Below, piece after piece: positions 47,878 to 58,145 of a DNA stretch of 64,000 nucleotides; within the stretch, counting starts at the first letter, position 1, and the number at the start of each line of letters is the position of its first letter. The stretch is from an uncultured delta proteobacterium (GTDB lineage: Bacteria > Desulfobacterota > Binatia > UBA9968): contig CAVSHR010000004.1 in assembly GCA_963727625.1 (NCBI GenBank), positions 384,001-448,000 on the forward strand, given 5' to 3'. The notes under the pieces were generated by a model, which did not search any database, was not told where the DNA came from, and saw only the letters and a list, made by a program, of their open reading frames with translations. Both the position numbers and the translations under genes were made by a program.

Positions 47878-49017
47878 TTATGCTAGCATGGCGATGGCGA
47901 GATCGGCGACTCGCTCGTCCGCGCCGGGTCCGCCCAGGCGCTCGCGCAATTGCGCCAATTTTTTCGTAATCCCGGAGCGAATCTCCGGGTCGTCGAGCAA
48001 CACGCGGCTCTCGGCGGCGATCCGTTCCGGATTGACATCGCTTTGAATCAGTTCAGGGACCACGCGCTCGCCGCAAATTAAATTCACCATGCCGATATAT
48101 TTCACGCGCACGAGCATCCGGGCGATAGCGTAGGTCAACCAAGACAAGCGGTAAACGATAATCATCGGCCGGCCGAGCAAGCCGGTTTCCAGCGTCGCCG
48201 TACCGGAGGCAGTCCAAACCAGGTCGGCCGAGTGGATCGCGTCGTAACGCTGGCCCTGAACTACGGGGATCCGCAACACAGGATTTTCCAGAGCCTTGCC
48301 CACCTTTACCGCATCGATTGTGCTGGCGCACACACAAAAAAACTGCATTTCTCTCTCTCGACTCAGGCGCACCGCGGCATCGCGCATCGCTGGCAAATGA
48401 CGGCTAACCTCCCCATCCCGGCTGCCGGGTAATAGTGCAATGGCCGGCTTGGTCGGATCGAGCCCGATTTTGCGCAAGGTCGCCTGGCGATCTTCTTTCA
48501 CGCTTACCGAATCCAGCAGCGGATAACCGACGAACGTGGCCTTGACACCGTGGCGTTCATAAAAATTTGCTTCAAAGGGAAAGATCACCGCCATCTGATC
48601 CACCCAGCGCGCGATCTGCCGCACGCGGCCTTTGCGCCAGGCCCAAATCTGCGGGCTCACATAATACAGTACCGGAATCCGCAACGACTTGGCGATGCGC
48701 GCCAAGCGCAAATTGAAATCGGGAAAATCAATTAATACCAAAAGATTCGGCCGGCGCTCCTTTAACACCCGCTTGAGCAACCGATAAGCGCGCCAGAGAT
48801 TGCCGAAGTTGCCGAACAATTCCACCAAGCCCATTCCGGTTAGCTGCGCCACGCTGAAAAGCGCCTCGAAGTCCGTTCGTTGCAACCGCTCGCCGCCCAC
48901 GCCGTAAATCTTCAGAGCTGCATCGCGCTTGTGCAACGCTTCGACCAGATGGGCGCCGTACGCGTCGCCGGAAGCTTCTCCGACGACCAGCATGATTTCT
49001 TTTTTCAATGGCGCCAC
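47878..49017 (-). CDS. lpxB: Lipid A disaccharide synthase
   Basis: GEASGD, IDFPDFN, YVSPQIWAWR, LPGSR, SGTATLE. Confidence 0.96.
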   Translation of the reverse strand: MAPLKKEIMLVVGEASGDAYGAHLVEALHKRDAALKIYGVGGERLQRTDFEALFSVAQLTGMGLVELFGNFGNLWRAYRLLKRVLKERRPNLLVLIDFPDFNLRLARIAKSLRIPVLYYVSPQIWAWRKGRVRQIARWVDQMAVIFPFEANFYERHGVKATFVGYPLLDSVSVKEDRQATLRKIGLDPTKPAIALLPGSRDGEVSRHLPAMRDAAVRLSREREMQFFCVCASTIDAVKVGKALENPVLRIPVVQGQRYDAIHSADLVWTASGTATLETGLLGRPMIIVYRLSWLTYAIARMLVRVKYIGMVNLICGERVVPELIQSDVNPERIAAESRVLLDDPEIRSGITKKLAQLRERLGGPGADERVADLAIAMLA

Positions 49018-49022
49018 GAATC

Positions 49023-49958
49023 TCAGAGCTGGGCGCTGATCAGCGAGGCGATTTCAAGCGCGCGTAATCCTTCGGCCCCTCCGACTAACGGCATCGTGCG
49101 CGTCCTGACACATTCCAAAAACGAGTCGATTTCATCGGCCAATGCATCGCCATCCTTGATCTCGATGTTTTCGGCGCGGATATCCAGCCAGCCGCCACCC
49201 GGCGGCGGCTTGTGATAGATCTGCGCCCGGCGCTGGTCGTAGTCGATCGAAATATACGCGTCGGGTTGAAAAAAACGAATCTTGCGCTCGCGCTTGATCG
49301 ACACTCGGCTCGAGGTCACGTTGGCGATGCAGCCATTGGCAAAATTGATGCGCGCATTGGCGATATCCGGCTTGTCGGTAAGAACCGGCACGCCCACCGC
49401 TTCCAGCCGCGAGACGGGCGACCGCACCAAACTGGCGATCACGTCGATGTCGTGAATCATCAGATCCAATACCACGTCGACGTCGGTGCCGCGCTCGACG
49501 AACGGTGCCAGACGGTGGCATTCGACGAATTTAGGCTCATTGATGACACCTTCGAGCCTACGAATCGCCGGGTTGAAGCGTTCCAGGTGGCCCACCTGTA
49601 GAATGACGTTTCTCGCCTTGGCCGACTCCACCAATAACCGCGCCTCGCCGATATCCGCGGTTAACGGTTTCTCGACCAAGACGTCGATGCCGGCTTCGAT
49701 AAAATCGCGCGTCACTTGATAATGAAAACGGGTCGGTACGGCGACGCTGACGCACTGCACTTTCCCGAACAGGGCGCGATAATCGGTCAGTGCCTCAACA
49801 CCGACCGCGGCGCCGATCTCTCGCGCCCGCGCCGCATCGCTGTCGACCACGGCAATCAGCTTCGCCTTGGATGATGCAGCATATTTTTCGGCGTGATATT
49901 TGCCGAGATAGCCAACCCCCACGACCGCCGCCGCCACACTCTTTGCTGCCATAGACAC
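49023..49958 (-). CDS. Gfo/Idh/MocA oxidoreductase, GnnA-like (UDP-GlcNAc 3-dehydrogenase)
   Basis: GVGYLG, VEKP, GHLERFNP, DVVLDLMIHDID; sits between lpxI and lpxB. Confidence 0.8.
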   Translation of the reverse strand: MSMAAKSVAAAVVGVGYLGKYHAEKYAASSKAKLIAVVDSDAARAREIGAAVGVEALTDYRALFGKVQCVSVAVPTRFHYQVTRDFIEAGIDVLVEKPLTADIGEARLLVESAKARNVILQVGHLERFNPAIRRLEGVINEPKFVECHRLAPFVERGTDVDVVLDLMIHDIDVIASLVRSPVSRLEAVGVPVLTDKPDIANARINFANGCIANVTSSRVSIKRERKIRFFQPDAYISIDYDQRRAQIYHKPPPGGGWLDIRAENIEIKDGDALADEIDSFLECVRTRTMPLVGGAEGLRALEIASLISAQL

Positions 49959-49964
49959 CCGCTC

Positions 49965-50771
49965 CTAGCCACTCACCCCGACCACCGAGATACCGTACAA
50001 CTCCGCTTGGCGCAAAAGGCTATCCTTATCCAATAAAATCGTCTTGCCCGCCTCCACCGCCAAAATCGTGGCGCCAACTTGGTGCAGGCAATCAACAGTA
50101 TCGACGCCCACAGCGGGAACGTCAAAGCGCAGATCTTGCTGCGGTTTGCTCACTTTGACCACCACGCAACCCGACTTCGCCAAACTCCCGCCGCGTTGGA
50201 TCGCCGCATCGGTACCTTCCACCGCTTCCACCGCCAATATTACCCCCTGCTTGACCACTACGGTTTGGCCAATGCCCAAGCGGCCGATTTCTTTCGCGAT
50301 ATGAAATCCCAATCTGATATCGGCCCACTCCTCCCGGCGCGGCGCCCGTTTGGTCAGCACCCCTTCGGCAGGAATAAAATGCGACAGGCAAAGGGTCGAC
50401 GCCACAATCTGAATGCCGTCAGAAGCGAGCTCGTCGGCGATGCCGCGCAACAAGGCGTCGTCGTCCCGGCTGCGGCGTTTGGCCAGAAAACGCGTGCCGC
50501 GCAGGTCGGGGCGAAAGTTGCCGAACAACTTTACCTTGCGAATGCCGCCGGCCATGACCGCTTCGGTAACACCTGCGCGCTGGAAAACGCGTATAATCTT
50601 GCCGAGCTGGCCGACGTAAACCCAGGTGACCGCATCGGTGACGCGTTCGATCGTCTCGTCGGTTTCACCGCGGTGCGCCACCGCGATCACCACATAGCCG
50701 GCCCGCTTTGCCTCCTCGGCAAAGATCAACGGAAATTTTCCGTTACCGGCGATCAGACCAAGTTTTTTCAC
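49965..50771 (-). CDS. lpxI: UDP-2,3-diacylglucosamine hydrolase LpxI
   Basis: GLIAGNGKFP, IGQTVVV, VEAVEGTD, KPQQDLRFDVPAVG. Confidence 0.92.
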   Translation of the reverse strand: MKKLGLIAGNGKFPLIFAEEAKRAGYVVIAVAHRGETDETIERVTDAVTWVYVGQLGKIIRVFQRAGVTEAVMAGGIRKVKLFGNFRPDLRGTRFLAKRRSRDDDALLRGIADELASDGIQIVASTLCLSHFIPAEGVLTKRAPRREEWADIRLGFHIAKEIGRLGIGQTVVVKQGVILAVEAVEGTDAAIQRGGSLAKSGCVVVKVSKPQQDLRFDVPAVGVDTVDCLHQVGATILAVEAGKTILLDKDSLLRQAELYGISVVGVSG

Positions 50772-50826
50772 GGCACAGACTGACTTGCATGTAGTGAATT
50801 ACCCGCGCTCGATTCCTATAGCCATT

Positions 50827-51603
50827 TCAGCGACAGACTCCACGCTGGGACTGAGCAATGAAAGCGATAAATTTTTCAATTTCAGGAAGCGCCGGCAACT
50901 CTCGCCGAATTTTTTCAAGCGCCGCTTCGGTTCTGAGCTTGGAGTGAAACGCAATCCGGTAAGCTTTGCGAATCGCTCCAATTACCGACTTGTCGACGCC
51001 GCGCCGCTTGAGACCCTCGAGATTCAAGCCGCGCAGCCGGGCTCGGTCGCCGGTGGCGTTGCAATAGGGCGGAACATCTTTGGAAACCATCGAACCGGCG
51101 CCCAGTATGGCGCCACTGCCGATGCGCACGAACTGATGAATCCCGACCAAGCCGCCGACGATGACCGAGTCCTCGATGGTCACATGCCCGCCGAGCGTGG
51201 CGCCGTTGGCGATAACATTGCGGCTGCCGACACGGCAGTCGTGAGCAATATGGCAATACATCATCAACAGATTTTGATCGCCCACGTAAGTCATCATACC
51301 GCCGCCGGTGGTGCCGGGATTGAGTGAAACATATTCACGGATGATGTTGCGATCGCCGATCACCAGTTCGCTGGGTTCACCTTTGAATTTGAGATCCTGC
51401 GGTATTGAGCCGACGCTGGCAAACGGAAATACAACGTTGCCTTGGCCTAGGGTCGTCTGGCCTTGCAGCACCGCGTGCGCCGAAATCTTACTTCCCTTGC
51501 CGATCTTGACGCCGGCGCCGATCACCGCATAGGGGCCGACTTCAACTTCACTGCCTAATTCCGCGCGCGGATCGATAATCGCGGTTGGGTGCACCCGGCT
51601 CAT
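50827..51603 (-). CDS. lpxA: UDP-N-acetylglucosamine acyltransferase
   Basis: HPTAII, PQDLKF, HIAHDC, HQFVRIG, GLKRRG. Confidence 0.96.
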   Translation of the reverse strand: MSRVHPTAIIDPRAELGSEVEVGPYAVIGAGVKIGKGSKISAHAVLQGQTTLGQGNVVFPFASVGSIPQDLKFKGEPSELVIGDRNIIREYVSLNPGTTGGGMMTYVGDQNLLMMYCHIAHDCRVGSRNVIANGATLGGHVTIEDSVIVGGLVGIHQFVRIGSGAILGAGSMVSKDVPPYCNATGDRARLRGLNLEGLKRRGVDKSVIGAIRKAYRIAFHSKLRTEAALEKIRRELPALPEIEKFIAFIAQSQRGVCR

Positions 51604-51618
51604 CGACTAAGACTCCTT

Positions 51619-52056
51619 TTAGGCCAGGTCCACTTCCATGGCGGAAATCTCCGCCTGGGCCACCACTTTGCCCTCCACCGTGGCGGTCCCTTGCATCTTC
51701 CAATAAGAGCCGCGACGTTTGAGACAAGTGAGCTCCATGCGCAATTGATCGCCCGGCTCCACCGGCCGCTTGAATTTGACGTTGTCGAGACCGGTAAGGA
51801 CAAAAACTTTATTATCCGCGGTGCCGCCGCGAGCGTTGTGAGCAAAAATGGCGCCGACCTGGGCCATCGCTTCGCAAATCAAAACCCCAGGCATCACTGG
51901 GTGGTGTGGGAAATGGCCCTGAAAAAAATTTTCGTTGATTGATACGTTTTTGATACCGACAACCTTTTCATCGCCGTGAATCTCGATGATCCGATCGACC
52001 AGCAAAAAGGGATACCGGTGCGGAATATTTTTGAAGATCTCATTAACGTCCAGCAT
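51619..52056 (-). CDS. fabZ: 3-hydroxyacyl-ACP dehydratase
   Basis: [28 protein letters not shown]. Confidence 0.96.
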   Translation of the reverse strand: MLDVNEIFKNIPHRYPFLLVDRIIEIHGDEKVVGIKNVSINENFFQGHFPHHPVMPGVLICEAMAQVGAIFAHNARGGTADNKVFVLTGLDNVKFKRPVEPGDQLRMELTCLKRRGSYWKMQGTATVEGKVVAQAEISAMEVDLA

Positions 52057-53119
52057 CGCGATCGATCTCCTTTTCACCGCCCTTGATAATCTGCGCGACC
52101 TCTCTTTCCAAATGGCGCACCGCCCTCCACAGCGACGGCAACTGCGGCAATAAAGTCATGACCTTGAGCCACTCGCGATGCGGTGCCGCGGCGATGCCCC
52201 CGGAAAGCACGGCACCCGGAGGAACCGACTTGGGAACACCGGACTGCGGGCCAACGGTCGCCCCGTCGCCTATTTGAATATGATTGACCACGCCAACCTG
52301 CCCCGCCAAAGTGACGTTTTTACCGAGGCGGGTGCTGCCGGCGATTCCCGCCTGGGCCGCGACCACGGAATGCTCACCGACAACTACGTTGTGGGCAATT
52401 TGCACCAGGTTATCGATCTTCGCTCCCCGTCCGATGAGTGTTTTGCCCAGTGTCGCTCGATCGACGGTTGTATTGGCACCGATCTCGACGTCGTCTTCGA
52501 CGATGACGACACCCATTTGCGGGATCTTAACCCGCCCTGGACCCGCGCCCGCGTAACCGAAGCCGTCGCTCCCGATGACCACACCGGCGTGCAGGATGAC
52601 TCGATCGCCGATCCGGCAGCCCTCCCGAATGACGACGTTAGGATGGAGCATGCAGCCGGAGCCGATCTCCGCGTCCGCGCCGATAAAGACACCGGGAAAG
52701 AGCACCGATCCATGACCTATTTTCACTCGGGCGTCGACGAACACGTAGGGAAATACCGTGATGTCATCGGCGAGCTCGGCACTGCTATCGATATGGGCTG
52801 CCGCGCTGCGCTCGCGGCTAAACTGCGGTCCCCGGGAAAAAAATTTTAGTATTTTTGCAACGGCGACGTAAGGATCAGCCGCTTCGATGAAGTTAAGCGA
52901 CCCGAAATCGGCGCTACCGGCAACGCCCTGGCCAATTATCACGGCGCTGGCTTTACACTGCGGGAGAAATTTCTGATAACGTGGATTGGTGAGAAAAGTG
53001 ATATCTCCTGGACCTGCCTCGTCAATCGCGGCTACTTTGTGAATAACGACGCTGCCGTCACCGATAACTCTCCCCTCGACGTGACTGGCTAATTCGCTCA
53101 GTGATTGACTGATCCCCAC
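52043..53119 (-). CDS. lpxD: UDP-3-O-acylglucosamine N-acyltransferase
   Basis: [28 protein letters not shown]. Confidence 0.96.
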   Translation of the reverse strand: MGISQSLSELASHVEGRVIGDGSVVIHKVAAIDEAGPGDITFLTNPRYQKFLPQCKASAVIIGQGVAGSADFGSLNFIEAADPYVAVAKILKFFSRGPQFSRERSAAAHIDSSAELADDITVFPYVFVDARVKIGHGSVLFPGVFIGADAEIGSGCMLHPNVVIREGCRIGDRVILHAGVVIGSDGFGYAGAGPGRVKIPQMGVVIVEDDVEIGANTTVDRATLGKTLIGRGAKIDNLVQIAHNVVVGEHSVVAAQAGIAGSTRLGKNVTLAGQVGVVNHIQIGDGATVGPQSGVPKSVPPGAVLSGGIAAAPHREWLKVMTLLPQLPSLWRAVRHLEREVAQIIKGGEKEIDRDAGR

Positions 53120-53629
53120 TTATTTTTTTGCCCGGTTATTGTACGTCTCAATGACCTTGCTCGTAATATCGATGCCTTGATCGCTGTATAAAATCTGCGA
53201 GCGTTCAAGGATCAGTGTGAACTTATCGGCCTTCCCGACTTCGTTGACGATTTTCTCCAAGTCCTTGAGAATAGCGGACATCATCTCATTGTTCTTGTTC
53301 CGCAGCTCTTGTTGATAATCCGACATTCTGCGCTGTAAATTGACTGAACGCTTCTGAAAATCCGCCTCGATGTTGCGCCGCTCCTCCTCTTTTAGAAGCG
53401 GGCCCTTTTTTTCCAGATCATTTTTTATTCGTTCGAGGTCTTGGCGTTCCTTGAAAATATCGGCTTCAGCCTTTTTTACCTGGGCTTGAAATCGATCTCT
53501 GGCTTGTTTCCCGGCTTGCGATTCGGAAATCACCCGTTGAATATCGATAAAACCGATCTTGATCTTGTCCTGCGCGTAGCTTGCCGTGCAAGAAAAGACC
53601 AGCATCCCGACAATCAGCCAGTACTTCAC
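53120..53629 (-). CDS. skp: Periplasmic chaperone Skp/OmpH
   Basis: Signal peptide, KIGFIDIQRV, coiled coil, DITSKVI; located between bamA and lpxD. Confidence 0.92.
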   Translation of the reverse strand: MKYWLIVGMLVFSCTASYAQDKIKIGFIDIQRVISESQAGKQARDRFQAQVKKAEADIFKERQDLERIKNDLEKKGPLLKEEERRNIEADFQKRSVNLQRRMSDYQQELRNKNNEMMSAILKDLEKIVNEVGKADKFTLILERSQILYSDQGIDITSKVIETYNNRAKK

Positions 53630-53677
53630 TCAAACCTCCGAGGAATAATTTTTAAAATTTGCGGAATGACAGTTCCT

Positions 53678-56117
53678 TCAAGGCTGACTGCCAATCGAGA
53701 ACCCGAGCACAGAAGTCTCATCCTCGGGCTTTTTATTAAGCGGGAAACCAAGCTCTACGCGGAGCGGACCGAATGGAGACATCCATCTGACCCCGGCGCC
53801 GACGGAGCGTCTCATGTCGCCAAAACTGAATTTTTCAGAATCGCCAAACGCGTTGCCCATATCGAAAAACGCCACGCCGCGAATCCCGTACTTCTCCATG
53901 ATCGGAAACAGCAATTCGGTATTCATCACCACGGCCTTCTCGCCGCCGACCACGTCGGTGCCGTTGCAAGTTTTTGGAGTACTGGGATCGTTGTCGTCAT
54001 CTCTAACAACCCGACGGAACGCGTGGACCGATGCTCCGTTCTGTGAAGCCGCGAATCGAATTGATCCCGCCGAGGAAGTAGCGCTCAAACAGCGGCAGAT
54101 CCTTCTGCCCGTCACTTCGCTTAGCTAAACCGATGCCATAACCCAGCGAGCCGCCCAATGCCAAAACGTACGCGCCACCCCAGTTGGGATCCTTAAGCAA
54201 AGGATAGTGCCAGCGACCGCTCAAATCTGATTTTATAAATCGGGTGTTGCCGCCCAAACCGGCCATCTTGATTGAGAACGCCGACTTCGTACCCTCGGTG
54301 GGCGCAAAGAAATGATCGCGGCTATCGTAGGTGATTCCGGGGGTGACGCTGCTGGTCAACGAAGTGCCTTCTTCACTCTTGATCGAATCGGGTGCCGATG
54401 AAGAGTCGACTCCGCTAATATTATCATGAGTTAAATCGTACGAAACCCCGCCACGCATATAATCCCACATGGTTATCGGTTCGTCACCGGGCAATACATC
54501 CGAGCCCCGTGTATCGGCAGGAGCTGCGCCAAAAAACGGCATCCGGAAATATTTCAACGGATAGCTCGAATTTACCCCGAAGCCTATCTTACGCTCGTTG
54601 AAGTCGGTATATTCCCGCTTCGTATTGAATGCTTGCAGCCCTACGCCCACCCTTGAGTCTCTAAAATAGGGATCGTTGGCGCTGAGAACAAAGTCTTGCC
54701 GCCTCGAGCCTATACTGAAACTGCCGTTTACGCCTTGGCCGCGGCCCAAAAGGTTTTTTTCTGAGACGTTGGCATTAAACAGGATACCGTCGCCGCTGCT
54801 ATAACCGGCGCCGACCTGGAACGTCCCCGTGGGCCCTTCCTTCACGTCAACCAACACGTCAACCGTGTCTGGCTGTTGGGTCTTTTTGGTGGTTAGTTGC
54901 ACGTCTTCGAAATAACCGGTTCTTTGCAGCGCGTTGCGGCTCTGGGTGATCTTGTTGCTGGAAAAAAGTTCCTGCTCGTTGGCAAGCAACTCGCGCCGCA
55001 CCACCTTGTCGCGGGTTTTGGTATTTCCCGCCACTAAAACGCGATTGAAATAAACCGGCGGCCCCCTAGTAATCACCAGCGCAATGTCGACGGTTTTCTG
55101 AGTCGAATTGACGTTCGTGACCGGGTCGACTTGGACAAAAGCAAAGCCTTTATTCGAATACATATCCGATAACGTCGTGACGTCTTCGCGCAGCCGGCTA
55201 CCGCGGAAAATCTGACCGGTGGTGAGCTTGACGGATTTGAGGAGCTGCTTGCCGTCTTGAATCAAATCGCCGCCGATTTCGACCTTGCCGACGCGGTATT
55301 GCGCGCCTTCATGAATACGAAAAACGACTTCTAGACCGTCGCGTGCGCGCAAAATCACCGGGTCGTCGATCTTATGGTCGACGTAGCCGTTGTCATTGTA
55401 AAAATTCGATAGAATCGCCACATCGTTAGTGAGCATGTCGCGATCGAGCACGCCGCGATGGGTTATAAAAGAAAAAATCCATTCTTCTTTGGTCGCAATC
55501 TGATCTTTCAGTTCGCTCGCCGAGAACGCCTTGTTTCCCTCAAAGGAAACCTTCTTGATCAACAATCGCCCGCCCTCAATGATATCGAGCGTAACCACAG
55601 CCTGGTTGTTGGGCTCCACAGTAACGGCGTAGTCGACGGCCGCGTTGACATAACCTTGCTCGCTATAAAGTTTGCGGACTTTTTCAACGCCTTCGGCGAC
55701 CTTGGCGCGGTCGAGAATCGTGCGCGGACTGACACCGAGCGCCGTCTCGACCTTTTCGCGCGACACCGCGGACGCGCCTTGAATTTTTAACTCGCGTACA
55801 TAGGGCTTCTCTTTGACCGCGTAGGTCAATACGCCGTCGGGCGAAAGGTCAGCTCGCACATCGTCAAAAAAGCCCATCCGGTAAATTGCCTTGACGTCTT
55901 GCTCGACGGTGGCGGAGTTAAAGGCCTCGCCCGGCCGGCTTTTCAAATGAAGTCGAATGCCGTCGTCCTCAACTCGCAAATTACCGCTAATTTTTACTTC
56001 TTTAAGGGTGACATTTTCTTGGCTAAAAGCGATCGAGCCCGACCCGAAACCGAACAATAGGGCGAGCAAGAAACAGGGAAAACTGAAAATAGTTTTTGCG
56101 GTTCTGATACGGTCCAT
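53678..56117 (-). CDS. bamA: Outer membrane protein assembly factor BamA, reading frame broken at ~54005
   Basis: Five POTRA repeats, GAGYSS barrel start and IRGF loop-6 motif lie in ORF 54003..56384; the barrel C-terminus (FFDMGN, GAGVRWMSPFGPLR) lies in another frame, 53678..54004. Confidence 0.92.
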
Positions 56118-56211
56118 CGGCGCTCTGAGAAAGACTTTCAATGAGGCGGTCAAATGTTTCAATTTATTTAGCAAATACCGATACTTTTGTAAAGTCAAAC
56201 CGATTCGGTTT

Positions 56212-56889
56212 TTAGCCGAGTATAAGTTCTCCCGCTTTGAGTTCAACCAGCCGGCCAATTTTTTCGGCAAATTCCCGGTTGTGGGTCGCGACCACCAAGG
56301 CAATCTTATATTCTTGGTTAAGCCGAAAGAGCAACTCCTGCACCTCCTCACCGATACGCACATCCAGTGATCCGGTAGGCTCATCGGCGAGGACCAGCCG
56401 GGGTTTCAAAATCACCGCGCGCGCGACGGCCACCCGCTGCTGCTCCCCGCCCGAGAGCTTTCCCGGCCGGTGGCTCATGCGATCTTTGAGGCCGACCAAT
56501 TCCAGAAGCTTTTCCGCTTCGCCTTTGGCGCTGGCGGTTTCGATTCCCTGAATCAAGGCGGGGAACATGACATTTTCCAGGGCGGAAAAATCAGGCAAGA
56601 GATAATGAAACTGAAAGACAAAGCCGATCTCGCGATTGCGAAATTGACAGAGCGTCGCTTCGTCGTCCAACGGCAACTCCTTGCCGGCGTAAAAGATCTT
56701 GCCACTGGTGGGCCGATCGAGGGTGCCGAGAACATGAAGCAAGGTGCTTTTGCCGACGCCCGATTCGCCGACAACCGCCAAACGCTCCCCTTCGGCTAAA
56801 TCCAGATTCAAGCCGCGCAAAACTTGAATTTCGACGCCGCCCTCAAAAAACGACTTATAGAGGTCGCGCACGGCGAGGAAATTATTCAT
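56212..56889 (-). CDS. lolD: Lipoprotein-releasing ABC transporter ATPase
   Basis: GESGVGKS, FVFQFHYLLP, LSGGEQQR, ADEPTG. Confidence 0.93.
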   Translation of the reverse strand: MNNFLAVRDLYKSFFEGGVEIQVLRGLNLDLAEGERLAVVGESGVGKSTLLHVLGTLDRPTSGKIFYAGKELPLDDEATLCQFRNREIGFVFQFHYLLPDFSALENVMFPALIQGIETASAKGEAEKLLELVGLKDRMSHRPGKLSGGEQQRVAVARAVILKPRLVLADEPTGSLDVRIGEEVQELLFRLNQEYKIALVVATHNREFAEKIGRLVELKAGELILG

Positions 56890-58135
56890 AACGGATGATT
56901 TCCACCGGATCGAGCTTGGCGGCTTGACGCGCCGGATAGATGCTCGCCAGCAGACACACCACGAGAGAAGCCAAAGCGACGAGAATAAAATTGCTAAAAT
57001 AGATTCGCACGGGAACCGTGGAAATGAGAAACACCCCGTCGGGCAGCTTAAACTGATATTGTGAGATCAGAGCGCAAACCAGGAGACCCAGGACCACGCC
57101 GGAAACCGTCCCAACGATACCTATCAAACAACCCTTGAGCAGAAAGATCTTGCGGATGCTCCGTTGCGAAGCTCCCATCGAGCGCAGGATGGCGATGTCC
57201 TTTTTCTTTTCCATGACGACCATCACCAAAGTCGAAACGATATTGAAGGCGCCGACCAAAACCATCAGCAAGAGAACCAGAAAATAGACCGTCTTCTCCA
57301 GCTGAAGAGCGGAAAATAGATTGGGCCAGAGCCGCGTCCAATCTTCAGCCAAATAGGGAAAGCCTAAATCGCGCTGGATCTGCTCGGCGATCTGGCGGGA
57401 TTGATTGACGTTTCGAACGCGCATCTCAATATTGGTGACGGCATTGCCGAGATCGAAAAATTTTTGCGCCTCGGTAAGGCTCATAAACACCAACGTCGAA
57501 TCGATTTCACTCATCCCCGTCTTAAGGAGACCGACCACGACAAACCGCCGTACTTTAGGGATCACGCCGATCGCCGTGGGGCTGCCCAGCGGGGACACGA
57601 CCTGCACCGGACTGCCGAGAAAAACCCCGAGCTGGTTCGCCAGCCGCTCACCCAAGATAATTCCGGGAAGGAGAACCTTGCGGCCTTCGACCAGAATCGG
57701 ATGTTGGGTCGTGAGAGCAGCCAGGCTGCCCTCACGAACAAAGCCTTGCACGTTGACCACCCGGTTCACCCGCTCCGGATCAACGCCGCGCACCACCACA
57801 CCGGAGACGCGCGAGCCCGCGGTGAGCATCACTTGCCCGTAAATCGTCGGCGACACTGCCACCACGCCGGGCTCTTTCGCCACCCGCTGCGCCAACTGCT
57901 CATAGTCGCCCATCGGCTCGCCCGACTTCACCAGCGCGACATGCGCATTAATGCCGAGTAAACGATCCCGCAAGGTCTCCTCGAAGCCACTCATGACCGA
58001 CATCACCACGTTTAATGTCATCACGCCGATCATGACGCCGAGCACCGAGATCACCGTAATCAGCGAGATGAAAGTCTCGCGCCGTCGCGCCTGTAAGTAG
58101 CGCAAACCGATGAACAGTTCGTAATTCATTTTCAC
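56882..58135 (-). CDS. Lipoprotein-releasing ABC transporter permease LolC/E
   Basis: GLRYL, SVMSGF, FNIVSTL.M.V.EK..DIAIL.SMGA, YPARQAAKLDP. Confidence 0.93.
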   Translation of the reverse strand: MKMNYELFIGLRYLQARRRETFISLITVISVLGVMIGVMTLNVVMSVMSGFEETLRDRLLGINAHVALVKSGEPMGDYEQLAQRVAKEPGVVAVSPTIYGQVMLTAGSRVSGVVVRGVDPERVNRVVNVQGFVREGSLAALTTQHPILVEGRKVLLPGIILGERLANQLGVFLGSPVQVVSPLGSPTAIGVIPKVRRFVVVGLLKTGMSEIDSTLVFMSLTEAQKFFDLGNAVTNIEMRVRNVNQSRQIAEQIQRDLGFPYLAEDWTRLWPNLFSALQLEKTVYFLVLLLMVLVGAFNIVSTLVMVVMEKKKDIAILRSMGASQRSIRKIFLLKGCLIGIVGTVSGVVLGLLVCALISQYQFKLPDGVFLISTVPVRIYFSNFILVALASLVVCLLASIYPARQAAKLDPVEIIRYE

Positions 58136-58145
58136 GGCACTCCGA

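Noticed and set aside
50763-50776. Same GTGCCGTGAAAA 12-mer at the starts of lpxI and lolC/E (~58130-58140)
   Set aside because: Only two copies, largely explained by GTG-AAA start codons; probably chance.
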